A stretch of DNA of 64,000 nt from Octopus vulgaris (GCA_951406725.2 OX597827.1:56358001-56422000); one strand, 5' to 3'; positions 11,086 to 25,260 are shown, counted from the first letter of the stretch. Translations and numbers: made by a program. Notes: generated by a model from the letters alone, not told the origin.

Positions 11086-14000
11086 AGAGCTGAAATGGAT
11101 ATGCTAGCAAAGACTGACGTTGGATCTTGGTGACACTAGGGAGTAAGTTACAATACTTTCTCATTAACAAGACAAAATGATGGCCAGGTGAATAAGAATA
11201 TTCAGGTGTTTTACGTTCAAATCCACCACATGAATTTCATTATTTAACTGTATATGGTCGAGACTAACAAACTTACACAAAAAACTGTCAACATGACATA
11301 TATAGATAACGCCTCTACTTTTCTTTGGAGGTAGGAAAATAACTTCCAAGGAGATATTAAGGACACGAGAATCACTGAAAATAAAAAACTGTCATGTACT
11401 TCTTTCTGTGAGGAACTTAGTCATAACACAGTGTCTACCACACAAACCTTATAATGGTTACCTGTGTGTTGGAAATAAAAGATTTGATTATCTGATTGGA
11501 CTTCCAAACAAGGAACAGGTTTTCTTCCCGAACTGACTTTCTCACTATGTCTGTCCCATTTTCACTTGGCAGTGATTTGGTTTAAAGAGAAAGTTAGCAG
11601 CTATTGGGATACACACTATCAGAAAGAAATGCTGGAGAGAAGCAATTGTCAGATCCAGGCTGAATCCACTTTGCCTCACCTCGGGGAAGACCACCAATAA
11701 TACATATGACTACAAGAACAGACAGGACAACTGAGGCAATGTAACATGCTACACTACATCTGGCACAATGAACTAATGCATGCTGGTGGGTGATCCAGGA
11801 ATAGTCAACAGTACTGGATCCATGTATTACAACTAGATATTCGACCAACAACCTAAGTGCTTAGAGGTCTGCTCAAGAAGTATTACATAACATGATCACC
11901 AGCAGTATTTCTTATAGGATATTATACAGATATTTTGTTTTCCTTAAGTAGTACGGTTGACTGAAACAATTCCAGAATTTTATCAAAATTTATTTTAAAT
12001 CGACATTGGACAGATGAAAGGCCAAGCTAGACAAGGGAAGGTTTGAACTGACGAAAAAAAAATGAGATGACAAGACATCACAAATCACTTGTTTACTTCA
12101 CTATCTGCACTAAAATTGTTATATGCTTCAGCAACTGTAATCTATTAAACCACTGGCACTTAATTTATGATCATACTTCTCTAAAATAACTCAAATTGCT
12201 TTGATATTTAAGTTCAATGTTTGCTCGTATTTAAGACAACCATTTGAATGAGTGAGAATTAATATGAAGTCATTTCAGGACCAATGACAAAATAATCAGG
12301 ACAAAATAATTTTTACATATATATATTTATATAAACAAAATTCAACACTGTACAAAGAAAGTAGATAGAACTTGAGAGATCGCGAGAAATGAGTGATATC
12401 AATTCATTCTTACAAAATATAAAAAAAGAGAGAAAGAGAAAGCAAGTTCTATATATTCGTCGACACATACAATCAGTACAGATCTAAGTGAAATATGTAC
12501 AAGTAGCAAGCAACCGATTTTCTTAAACCGTTTGCTATAAAACACAATAGGAGATAATGAAATAAAAGAAAGGGGGGAGGGGGTTCTTAACAGAGAGCGA
12601 TGCAATGAAAGAACTAAAATTATACGGTGTAATAAGTGACAACAACAAAATGAAACAGACAGTATAATGACTAATGGGGAGGAAAAACATATTCGGGGAA
12701 AATGAAAAAAAAAAATTGAAAAATAATAGACTAGCTTCACTTCAGATATGAAGTGCACGTTATACAAATTTTTTATTTCTTATGATATTTTGGTAAAAAG
12801 TATAATGCAAGGATAGCACAAAAATAAATAAATAAAAACTAAATCGCTCAAAGGGGAAAAAGGCGGAGTACTTAAATTGACAACCACATTACGAACACAA
12901 AAATAGCAACACAATGATAACGAACCGAGAGATTACATGCAGTCGCCCAAACTGCAAAAAATTTTAAAAAAAAGCAGCTAAATCTCCTTCAAATTAGTTT
13001 CTATCGTTTAAAACAAAAGGGCAAGACACATTGAACAATGTTATTCTTCGATATCAAAAAAAAGAGAAGATGGTCACGGATGCAACGCCTTTGCCAGAGG
13101 TTTGCAGATCCTGGGCTAAACAATAACAAAGCAACGAGGCAAAAAAAAAAAAAAAAAAAAAAAACGTGAGGTTACTCGCTAGAAATAGCAGCCAAATCTA
13201 TTTCAAACTACACCTTACGTCTTGAAATAAAAGGTCTCAATGGATAATGTAGTCCTAGAAATAACATCTTTAAAAAAAAAAGAAAAAAAGAAAATGATCA
13301 AGGCTAAGAATGCCTTTGATCAGATGTTTGATGACAGCAAGTGCGTGATGAAAAACAAGCAAAAAAAATAATCCTCGTCGCTTGATACTTTTTTTATTCC
13401 TTAAAAGGAAAGAAGTGATGGGGATATTTGCTGCTAAGATTTCTGGGAGGATTGGACTGGATTGGAATTGAAAAATGTAACGAGACAAAGAACCGAGCAG
13501 AGCAGAAAGGAAATGCAATTGAATCATCATAAATTCTTCCTCTTGTTTGCTCTCTTCCCACCGTCGCTATTACATTAAACCGACCGTATCAAGTTTAAAT
13601 TTAGACAATTTTAAGCCCAGAAACAAACACACACACACACACACAAAACTTCTAAATATTAAAAGGACAATACGATAAAATACACATGTAAGCAAAATTA
13701 TATATATACGTATGTATGTATACATACACACATATACAGAGTATTATAGAATTCTTTATAGCTGATGTCCCTAGCCCTACAAAAAATCTGGGTGAGTTAT
13801 GATGATGCCAGCAAAAACGTGTTGGATCTAGGTGTATGCAGAAAGGGTTGTTGAAGCGGGTACTGGGGTCGATATGAGCGTAGGAGTGCTTCGTCACACA
13901 CAGTCAACCTGTTAAATACTTTTAACTCCCTCCCTGAACACGTGCTGAGTTCGCTTTGCTTTCGCTAATACACTTATACACGCACGTGTGTATGTGAGGG

Positions 14001-17000
14001 AAAGAGAATAAAATAGAAAGAATTTAAGCTCCGGTTTGTCCTGATTGAGTAAACCTGTGCGATCAGAAAGTCCAGCCGTGGCTACCTCGTCTATTATTCG
14101 GACAGCTTATCGCGGACCACATTATCAAATGTATATATGCTTCGTCTTTTTAAGCGGCATGGTGTGACTCGACTAAATAGGATTTACCTATCATTTATAA
14201 CAGGTCCAACGTCTACGCGAAAAGGTTTCGTTGGGGCTCCTGTGTAAATTACATTTTACATTGACATAAGGTCGAGAGTTGAGCCACATACCTAGTATTT
14301 ATTTTACCGACTTGAATGGAATTTGAACTCGAATCTAAGAGGTAAAACAAAAAATAACGTATGACATTGTAATCCGACAAGCTAATCGTTTCTACCAAAA
14401 AACTATTAAAAAGAAAATTGGCACGCGACATAAATTCGAAGTATACGGTAGTTTGAACGGACTGATACTTTTATTGATCCAGATAGAATAAATGAAAAGC
14501 AAATCCAACTCTAACAGGATTTGAAACAGGATAAGTATCGCAAGACATTTGTTACCAACAAACTAGCGTGATGGACATGGAGCAGGTGGTATGAAGCCCA
14601 TTTGATGTTGGCCGAAAAGAGAAACTTCGCTTTCAATTCTCTCCGATACAAATAGTATATCCTTTATGCCGAAACAAAGCATTATCTTTCGGAGTTTTAT
14701 CTTGTTGACGAGTAAAACATTAAAATCATTGAAACATAAAGCAGTGATCTACCTAATCAAAAGTGTTCGGGGGATATTGGACTGTTATTTCCAGCAGATT
14801 AAACGACAACGTATAGGCTCCCACGTTTACATCAGAATTTATGTACTAAAATTGGTAAAGTGAGTTGGTAAAACTATACCCTAAAATTACCACATCAACA
14901 GTACAAAGTCGTTTCTAGCAGAGGTACAGAACCAACACATTTCGGGGTAGAAGCATAGTCCATTAGATCGTCCCAATAGCATTTGAAATTACTAATTACT
15001 TTTAAGGAACCCCGGTAAAAAAATAAAAAATAAATAGAATAAAAGCAAAGTCGACGCCAACCGATTCGAACTCAGAACATAAAGGAATGCAGTTAAATAC
15101 TGCGAGGTATTTTTTGCGACACACCACCGATTGTCATCCATCACTCTTAATACTACTGAAAGGACCGACTAAACATAGTACATATCGCCCTTGGACTGAT
15201 GATGAGAAAAAGGCAAAGCCGATACCGGCGAGGAATTCACGGCGGACGGATAGTGGGGGGGGGGTCGACAAAAGAGCTAGTGGCTTCCATGCCTTTCCCC
15301 ATGCAAAGCCGATCTCGACTACGAAGCTAGAAATTTATAGTGAACGGAGAATGGGATTGACAAAGTTGAGTTGTGACTTTCATGTCATTCCACCATGGCA
15401 TTAAGCAAATGGAGAACTAGCTTCGACAAAGTGACCGGGTCCTCCCGATAATTTTAGCGCTTTGCATTTTGTTACACAATAATGCTGATAACAGCTTGTT
15501 TAATGAATATTAAAAAAAAAAGTTACACGAAAAAGAAAAAGAAAGATACCACAGTATCTAGCGTCCGTGAAATGCCCCGCCCACCAGAAATAAATATCTA
15601 ACTAGGGAATTGACATAATTCCATATGTCAACCTCCTTTCTGAAAATGCAAAGAAGAAAAGAAAAGAAAAGAAAAATATTAAGAATAATAAATTCTTGCA
15701 GAAAGCAAATCTTGTGGAAGACAAAGCGTTCCTTTAACGGAACTCACGTCGACAAAAAGAGAAAAAAAAAAGAAGGAAAGCAGGAAGGAAGTCGTTTGAT
15801 ACCATCTTTTTAGAATGATGGTGGTGGTGGTGGCGGTTGCTGGGGGAGATAAGGAAGAACATAGAGAGGCAGACTTGAGTAAAACAATCCTTTTTCTCTC
15901 TCTCTCTGATAATGGCGAATGGAAATAAAATGTAACAGGTATATTGCACACATATATATATGCATACACACATACGTTTTGAGTTGGAGCAAGGGTGAAA
16001 TAAGCATTAAAACACTCTTGAACTGATTGACATTGTAACAAGCAAGTATAAACACAGACATACATATTATAAAACAGAAAGAGAGAAGAGAGTGCAGGAG
16101 AGAAGAAGACAGAGATAGAGTAAAAATTGTTTTTAAATAAAACGATCGAGTGTACAAGAAGCATGAGAAAAACCACAAAAAGGTGTAAATACAACAAAAA
16201 TATGCAAACGAATTACAAGAAAAAATTTAAACCACTCCGATAAACCATAACAAATTATTTGGTCCAGAGAAGAAAAAAACCACGATATAAATAGATTATA
16301 TAATTTTGCCGTGATAAAACTATTACAACGTATGAAACATGTTAAGAAAATATATTATGATATTGGATCGACTAAGTTTTGAATTAGTACTTCGTAAGTT
16401 TAACTAAATAAAGCTATTAAATGTTAAGTTGCATATTAACTTTGTTTGATACAAAAGTATATATAATTTCTTTGCATTTTACAAGAGGTTTTTGGCTACG
16501 CAAACATGATCCCACAATAATCTGAAGCGTTAGAGAACTAGTTTACTATGTGGTGATACAAACGACCAACTAGAAATAGCAGTCAAAGCTGCCTCAAATA
16601 ATACGAGCCGAGAAAAGGACCCGATCTGTTGGATAAGATCCTGGGTTCCCTCTCTATACAAGAAGAAAGAAAAGAGTGGATGGTCACGAATGGAATGTCT
16701 GGCCTGAAGTTAAAACAAGTCACCTCAGCGTTTTTGCTGGCAGAAATAGGTAGAAATGCCAGATTAAACGCTTTAAAAAGATTTACTTAGACTAGTCCCC
16801 TCTCGATTCTCAGTTCAAACTATCGTCTCCGGGGGTCGTGTTCAACTATTTGGTCATCAATCACCTTTCTTAGATTGATAACACGAGTTCCAAAAAAAAA
16901 AAAAACTAGGGTTCATTTAATTAACAAACTGCACTACACTCCTTTACTATAAATATCTGGCTCCGGCTAATGTAAGAAACCATTATTACTGTAAGCTGTA

Positions 17001-17744
17001 GAATCACTTACAGTAAAACACAGTTCGACACTTCAATCCCGTTGTTGTTCACACGACCGATATTTAAATCCTGTTCGGTGTCGTTTTATCTCACAGGGAT
17101 ATGTATATATATATATATATTACTAAATCAATTGAACTAAAGGCCTCCTTATGAAAGTACCAACAGCAAAAAAAAAAAACAACATATTCGTGGAGATGAC
17201 CAAGACAAGAAAAGTGGATAGAGAGCTAAATTGAACTCATCACACACGAAGCATCGTCAATTACGAGTTGTAGTTTTTTTTTTGGTACAAATTTTGCTGG
17301 AGATGAGACATCTTGTTAATTTTTTAATCCTTTGGGAGGGAGCTGGGTGGTAAACGGAAATAGAATCACAGAAGAAAAATATTTCATTTAAATAGTGTAA
17401 ATGATTGAAATTTTTCTTTTTTTTTTTTACTTTAAGTTGCTTATTAAGTGATAATAAATTACTCCTACCACCAATGACAGTACAATTTATATAAAAATTG
17501 TATGTCGAAAACATCGTTTTATTCAATATCTTAAAACAATGAAATTTAAAAAAAAAAAAACATTGAATCAGTCATTTATTAAAGTTTTTCCTGTAATTTT
17601 TTTTTTTTACTGGATTCGATCAAACAAGTAGCATGGATCGGCGGCTAAATCGAACTTAAAACACACACACACGTCATGAAACCAAAAGAAAAAAGGGAAA
17701 AACCTCGGTAAAAATATATATTAAAAAAAAAACCTTTTACGTAC

Positions 17745-17835
17745 CGATCTGTTAAGTCTGCTCCAAATTTTTCCTCAAGTTTCCGTCGAACTTTTTTAGC
17801 CGACAGAGAGGAGAGATCTGCTCCTTTGAGTATTT
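17745..17835 (-). CDS. DEK-C domain gene (spp27/UAF30/SWIB-like), exon 2
   Basis: cag| acceptor, |gtacgt donor. Phase 1 join with exon 1 gives E-ILKGADLSSLSAKKVRRKLEEKFGADLTD-R, a typical DEK C-terminal domain. The expected downstream exons were not found in the window. Confidence 0.85.
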
Positions 17836-19264
17836 CTGGAACCAAAACAGATCGATGATGTTATTTATATTCATTTTCAAACAAACTCTGGATAATAATG
17901 ATTTTTTTGGGGTTTTTTTTTTTTTGCATATTTTGATCAGTCCTGATTAAACAGACCTGTGGCCAAAAAACTGTGATAATCGTGTGCTTTAAGTTCAGGA
18001 CCAGGACCACATGAATTTTCTTTAAGGTATATGGTTTTGAGGGTGGAGGGTGGATTTAGCTGCTATGGCGAGGAAGAAGCAAAAACAAAAAACAGCGTGG
18101 GGAAAATACAAAGAAGAGATTTAAAACATTTGGTATTTTGTAAGAAACTGATAGAAGAGGAGGAAGAAGTATAAATCCTAAATGAAGTAAAAGTGTCTTT
18201 CACAAAAAAAAAAAAAGACTAAGTGGTTAGGAAGGGAAAAGGTGTAGGGGGGGAAATAGCTTAGAGAGAGGTAAAAATAAAACTAATAATAACATAAAGT
18301 GGAAGAAACATTTATAAATTGGAGTTACTTCACCATTAGGTTACTGTTTCTTTTATTTTCAAAATTTGCATTCAGCACTGGGGGGGGGGGGATAGTAAAA
18401 ATATAGTAATCTGTTACAAATCACACAAAGACAGGCGGAGAACAGACAAAACAATCGCTATTATTATCATCATTAATGCTCTTAAAAGGCGAACCTGTGA
18501 TTATATTTGGTGCATGTTACAAGAAATCATTACAAGTGGTTTTAAATTTGCTAATTCTGCAATAATAAAAATATTTTTTTGAAGTGTTGACTTCTTTTTT
18601 TTTATCATTTTTACTTCTCCATCTTACAATCAGAACAGCTAGCAACTAAAACAAAAAGGTAAAACAGTAGAGATGGTCATGGTCACTAACAGAGAAGAAA
18701 TGATAAAACTATAAATAAATCTGTTAAATAAAAACAGGTAGCGACAACAGATATATGTATTTTTTTTTTTTTGAGAGATCACTGTAAACATGCACACCAT
18801 TAACTTCAACTTGTAAATGTAAACGGCTGACTCTACATACATATATACATACATATACACACATGTGTATATATTTATACATATAAGAGAGAGACATGGC
18901 TGCATGTGTAAAGATGTATACATCTTAAGAATGCATCACTTCGGAAGCTTGTATCCAAGACAAGAAGTGGAAGACTATGGGAAAAAATCATCTAGCTAAA
19001 CAATGCAAAGACAGCAATGAAGAGCAAGCGAAAATTCATTCGCGCAAATTAGACATATTTAGGGACATGTCCGACGAAATAATTAGCATTATTAACGATG
19101 GCATCTTATGAAGAAGGGGAGAAAAAAGGATAAAATAAAACTAGCGTAACAACAGAAACTCGGGCGAAACGAATCGAGAGGAAAGGAAGAAAGTTTATTG
19201 CTATTTCGTAAGATGTATAGACAGGTGATAGAGATTTTTATGGATGTCTGTGTGAGTTGCTTAC

Positions 19265-19307
19265 CTCGAATGCTTCGCAAAAGCACAGCATTGCTTATCC
19301 CCGCCAT
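19265..19307 (-). CDS. DEK-C domain gene (spp27/UAF30/SWIB-like), exon 1
   Basis: aaaATGGCG start, MAGISNAVLLRSIR, strong G|gtaagc donor, in frame with exon 2; lies in CpG-retaining sequence. Confidence 0.8.
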
Positions 19308-20308
19308 TTTCTGTGTTCAACTCTGGCCACGCGAGATTCACGCTTGTCGGTCCTAAAAACACATGCCTACTTCTTATACAAGACACACACCACCACACAC
19401 ATAACATATACATATACTGTCTTTGGGTCTTCGTAAATAAAAAAAAAATCTCATCTTGGAAACACATACCAAAAAAAAAAAAAAAAAGATGATAATAATA
19501 ATAATAATAAAGAATTATATCGAACTCTGTTTTCAAAAATTAGAATTTAAATGAAGGAGATAGGATACAAATAGAAATATTTCAAAAGTTATTTATTGCA
19601 AAAAAAAAAAAGTACATACACGCATGCATGCATATATATATATGTATGTAAGAACATATATCTGTGTGTGCGTATCGTATCTATGTCTGTATATATATGT
19701 ATGTATATGTGTATGTATGTACATGCGTGTGTATATGTTTGTGTCATAATAATTGTTGTTACGAAATCTCGTCTACTAACAATAATATTTATTTTTAAAA
19801 AAACACAGCAAAATTTAATTTGGAGACAAATTTTGCTCAGTTGTCATGATGAAAAAGCTTGACAATCTATTATTTAGTTTTACGGAAAATAATAATAATA
19901 ATAATAGTAATAATAATAATAATAATAGTAATAGTAATAATAATAACAGCAGCAGAAGCGGCAATAAGCGAAAGCAAAATCAATAACATAACGGCTTTTA
20001 CAGCTAGCAGACATCGTGAGTCTTCGTGATTAAATTTTCAATTATAGCATGCTAGTAAAGCATAGTTTTTGGTGGCACTTTCTGAGGCATTTGCTTTCAT
20101 TTCACCTAAATCGATAAAATAAGTACCAGTAATATAAATAACATTGAACTTTATGACTCTAATTGCAAAATAGTGAAACTGACGTGCAGTCGTCAAAGGA
20201 AAAACCATAATAGTATTGTAGTGTTTCACTTTCCGAAAATTTGACGTGCTGTTGTTTTGGTTTGTGTTTTTTTAATGAAATGCAACCAAAGTGTGTTTAT
20301 GTATACAA

Positions 20309-20340
20309 ATGCTAACATAAATATATATTTATGTTAGCAT
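20309..20340. repeat. Perfect 32-bp palindrome
   Basis: atgctaacataaatat|atatttatgttagcat. Confidence 0.9.
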
Positions 20341-20997
20341 GTGTATATTTTTTGCAGTTCGTTATTATTTTAACAGAAGGGGTTGAGAAAACGTTTAAGA
20401 TATCGCAAAAGAAGGCTTATTGTGAAATTTAAAAATACTGTTGCACTAATTTTTAAAGAGTAAAAACATCTTTCCACCTGCAAACAACATGTATTTATAC
20501 ATTTACATGTGTGCGTGTACTCAATCATTATTCAAATAAAAACCATAGTAAGAGTCAGAATACAATATTAAAACTCAAGACTAAAATACAAATATTAAAA
20601 CTTTTATTATTCCTGTTTTACTTTCATTATTGAAGTCGTATTTCTTCCTGTTACGCTTGATTACCCTGTAATAGAGTAGACAATCAGCCTGTACATTGGC
20701 GAGGAGCCACAAAATGCATACACAAGCTAAATACAACACACAGGAATGGGTGCATGGTTAAGCAAGCTCACTTGCAACCACGTGGTTTCGGTTTCAATCC
20801 CACTTCACGGTATCTTCGGCAAGTGTCTTAAAGGCCTGATTCGAGGCCCAACCTTCTGAGTTCTTTTACAGGGGTTAGGAAAACTGAAGGACCGAGGAAT
20901 ATGTTCAATAAAATCATAATTAACTGATTCCTCCTGTATTTTCTTTTATCCAAAACCGGGTACTTTTCAGCACCCACTCTTGATAATATATATATTA

Positions 20998-21360
20998 TCG
21001 TTTACTTGTTTCAGTCATTACACCACCTTGAAGAATTTCAGTCGAACTAAACAGCCCCAGTGTTTATTTTCTTTTTAAGCCTGGTTCTTATTCTATTGGT
21101 CTCTTTTGCAGAACCGCTAAGTTGCAAGGATGTAAACACACCAACACTGGTTGTCAAGTGGTGGGGAATAAAAAAAAGACACATATATACACACACACTC
21201 ACACACACATTGATATATACGATGGGCTTTTTTCAGGTTCTGCCTACCAAATCCACCCACAAGATTTTGGTTGGCCCAAGGCTTTAGTAGAAGACACTTG
21301 CCTAAGGTGCCACACAGTGGGAGTGAACCCAGGACCATAAGATTAAGAAGTTAGCTTCTT
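20998..21360 (-). mobile_element. SINE family A
   Basis: Reverse-complement tail tttacttgtttcagtcatt and body agaagacacttgcctaaggtgccacacagtggga. Confidence 0.75.
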
Positions 21361-22929
21361 TTATTCATTAGATTGGCCATAAAGGCCTTACAAAGAAAGT
21401 AAGTTGCGGGCTGGACGAAGACATAATGAAATGATAAATGATATGATAATAACAAGTGCAACAAGCAATGCCCACTGATTGCTGTTTACCCGAGCACAAT
21501 GTTCTTTATAAGTACCATATTTGAGGCAACAAAGCTCTTACATAGTTCAAAGCAAAACATTAATGTAGCAATAAACCTCTCACATTTACAACACAAAATC
21601 CACTGTGAGACAACAAACGTCTTACACAAGGCAATACAAATTCAGCAAAACAACAAAAATGAGGCACCAAGTCTCTTACTTCAATCATTTACAACCCTCC
21701 CTGCCCGACTAGACTTCTCACCTTGGTCAAACGCCTGGACAGTGTCAAGTCGGGTCGTTTCAACACAAAATTAAAAGTGTCCTCCGGGAAGGAGTTCATT
21801 ATCCTACACAGATCAGTTTCCCATATGACCTCCACAGCCACCCGCGAAGGCCAGTCAGGGACCTCCATGCAGTACAGAATCCCCTCCCTTCGGCTCTTCC
21901 TTTTAAACTTCGTAATGAAGTTTTCTATTGTCCCTCCCTTATGGGAGAGGACCACGAACTTCTCCTCCACAGCATGGGAGGGATCTACAGTATCCACCTT
22001 TGGTGGCACAACTCCCACCGAAGGTGCTTTGGGACACGCCAGAGCAGTGTGTCACAAACCGCTGGAGAAGTAAACTTCTTACTACTCAGTCATGCCTGCA
22101 CCTAATTTATTTAAAGTTGTGAGATGGTAGAATTATCATGCCAGACAAAATGTTTAGTGGCATTTCATCTGTCCTTATATTCTGTGTTCAAGTTCTGCCA
22201 AGGTCAACTTTGTCTTTCTCCCTCTTGGGCTTGATAAAATAAGTACCAGTTGAGCACTGAGATCAAAGTAATTGACTGTCCCCTCCCCTCAAAGTTTAGT
22301 CCTTGTGCCTATAGTAGAAAGAATTATATTTTACTATATTATTGTGCAGTATAGTTTTGGTTATGTCATATAACTGGCCAGAATGTTATCAACAATTTTA
22401 TGCCAATGATTGCAATTAGCAATATTGGTTGTTGTAAATAAACACAATCTTCTAACTACTGCCTGTAGTGTTTTAAAATGTTGCAAAGGATGCCAGTAGG
22501 AGGATTTAGAAACAGTCCTTGAATAAAAAAAATATTTTTGATGTGGTGATCTATGACAATGAAGATATGGTAGCTAGCTGGTTTAAGGACCACATCATTT
22601 ATATGTTTAGCCCTAACATCCACAACAGAAGGTGCTGCCATAAAGTCCTCTAGTTTGTCTCACCTTTCTCACTCAATATGAAAACCTGCATGGGAAAAGT
22701 CTTCCTTATATTAGTAGACAAACATTTTACACAGGACCATAGGTATAGGAAATTATTTTCAATAGGCATAACTTAAGTGTTCTGTTCAGCTGTAAGACTA
22801 GTGTAAAAATTAAAATATTAGTGAATACCCTAAAACCCCATACAGAAGTAGGATATTCCTGTAGGTTTAATAGTGAGGGCTCAATGCAGCATGGAAGCTA
22901 TGGCCAATAAGAACAATGGGGGGGGGGGG

Positions 22930-23260
22930 GCAAATAGAGAAGTATGTTGGGGCAACAGAAGGCCACTTTAAGACCAGGCTTAATAATCAAAAATCCTGTT
23001 TTAAAGTTAGGGAGAGGCACAATGTTATGTCATAAACTGACTAAATATATTTAAAAGAGGAAGGAATGCTTTGCAAAATCAATTGGGAACTGTTGGAACA
23101 GCCCAGATCATATCTGAATAAAAGTACACACTGCATACCTTGCTTGGCTGAGAAGCAGATCATTCCAAAAAATTTCACATAAACCAAGTGCTTTCTTGAA
23201 CTTAGAAAGTGAACTATTTTGTTGTTGCCCTTATGAAGAGAAATTTATTTTGGTAATGTG
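22930..23260 (+). mobile_element. Penelope-like GIY-YIG endonuclease fragment (decayed)
   Basis: KYVGATEGHFKTRLNNQKSCF..CLAEK matches the endonuclease region of the PLE at ~30280-30560. A further fragment lies at ~31690-31975. Confidence 0.65.
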
Positions 23261-23402
23261 GGTGGTCCCCACTTTCAGACAATAGAATGACAGGTATACA
23301 CACACAGCTGACATCAACTCATGGGAAGCAACTCCTATCTCCCTCCCAGAAAATAGTATAACTTTTCACATTTCTTGTTTTGAGTCAACCAGAACTATAT
23401 AT

Positions 23403-23477
<75 letters not shown>

Positions 23478-24069
23478 CACACACACACATATATATATAT
23501 AATAATGGGTAAAATTAAATAATTAATAATTTTACCAAGTAGTTCGGTATGTTAAAAGAAACACTAACAGTAAACTTAAACAAAAACTTTTACAATTATG
23601 AGTATAATTATAATTAGGGTTCAGCTGAACCCTTATTATAATTATATATATATATATATATAAATTTGTGTGTGTGTGTGTGTGTGTGCCACCCTCATAA
23701 AAGAGACTATGTGTTTCTGGCTAGTATGTCTAAAGAGTCATCAATTTAGCCAAGTGCAACAGTAAAAAGCAGTCAATAACATGTTGACAAGTTCTATGCC
23801 ATGACCATTGATATACTCAACAATATAGAATATATAACTGTATTTCTCTTTTACAGTATGCTTTTTGTCTGATTTATGGACAACTAACAGGTAACTGTGT
23901 GTGTGTGTGTGTGTGTGTATGTAAAGAAAACATGTCTGGTCATATTTCCCTGTGACCAGACATGTTTCCAAGAAAAATTGGAAATGAATAACATCACTTG
24001 TATAATAGAAAGACTGATCTACAAGTATCATGTGATGTCAACACAAAGAGGTACAAACACACACACAGA

Positions 24070-24108
<39 letters not shown>

Positions 24109-24332
24109 TATGGGTGGCTGTATGGTAAGTAGTTTGCTGCCCAACCATATGGTTCCAAGTTCAGTCCCACTGTGTGGCACCTTGGACAAGTATTTTTTTA
24201 CTATACCCTTGGGTTGACCAAAATTTTGTGAGTAGATTTGGTAGATGGAAACTGAAAGAAACCTGTCATATATATATATATATAGTATTTGGTTCGCAAA
24301 ATTCATGTGAGTTTGTGTGTTGAAACATAATT

Positions 24333-24605
24333 TATTGTGTCTGAGGAGAGGCATTCTCTTTTAGTGCCTTATTATTTAACACATTAACCAATGCGATTTC
24401 CATTCATTTGCTTATTAATTTATTCTAAAATTTCAGTAGTGTCTTGCAAATTTTTCAGTAGTCACAACTCTGTCCGTTATCAGAGCTACAAAAAGGTTTC
24501 AAGATGCAATGAAGATTTTAGGATAAAAAAGTAAGTAAATGAGTGAAAATCAAACAGTGAGTGTGTTAAGTAATGAGGCACTAAAAGAGAATGACTCTAC
24601 CCAGA

Positions 24606-24611
<6 letters not shown>
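24333..24611. mobile_element. Fold-back MITE with long imperfect TIRs
   Basis: attgtgtctg..cattctcttttagtgccttattatttaacaca is inverse to tgtgttaagtaatgaggcactaaaagagaatg..cagaaacaat. Confidence 0.7.
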
Positions 24612-24662
<51 letters not shown>

Positions 24663-25189
24663 CATATATATATGTGTGTGTGAGTGTGTACATACATATC
24701 TTACATTCATTCATACATATATACATACATACATGCATACACATAACCATACATACATTCATACACATACGTGCATGCATGCATACACACACATACATAC
24801 ATTTCTTAATCAATAAAAAAGACATGCCTGAAACAGCTGTAATGAATCTCAGCCCATCTGTGCTATTTTTCATACTATGCCACACCCTGAACCTTCCCTG
24901 CTTTGGATCTTGAGCCTACAGTGGATAGTGGACTGCACGCCAGAGAATGCTCCAATGTGGTTTTATATATACATTGGGTATTTAGTCTATACCTGTGAAT
25001 GTATATGTAACTGAAAGGACAAATCTCTATTTGCTTTAATAAGTACATGAGTGTCCGTGCACACTGTTAGTTCACAGGTATGCTATCCCCAACTCTACCT
25101 TGATACCTTTATTATTAAAATACTTTAATTTTACTGGATCTTGAAAATAATTACATATATATATATACATGTGTGTGTATTATACATAT

Positions 25190-25230
<41 letters not shown>

Positions 25231-25260
25231 CACACACACATCTATATATATATATATATA

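Noticed and set aside
12399-12767. Hydrophobic 122-aa ORF (also 15679-16197, 13270-13530)
   Set aside because: Produced by T-rich low-complexity intron sequence; no convincing splice sites or domain.
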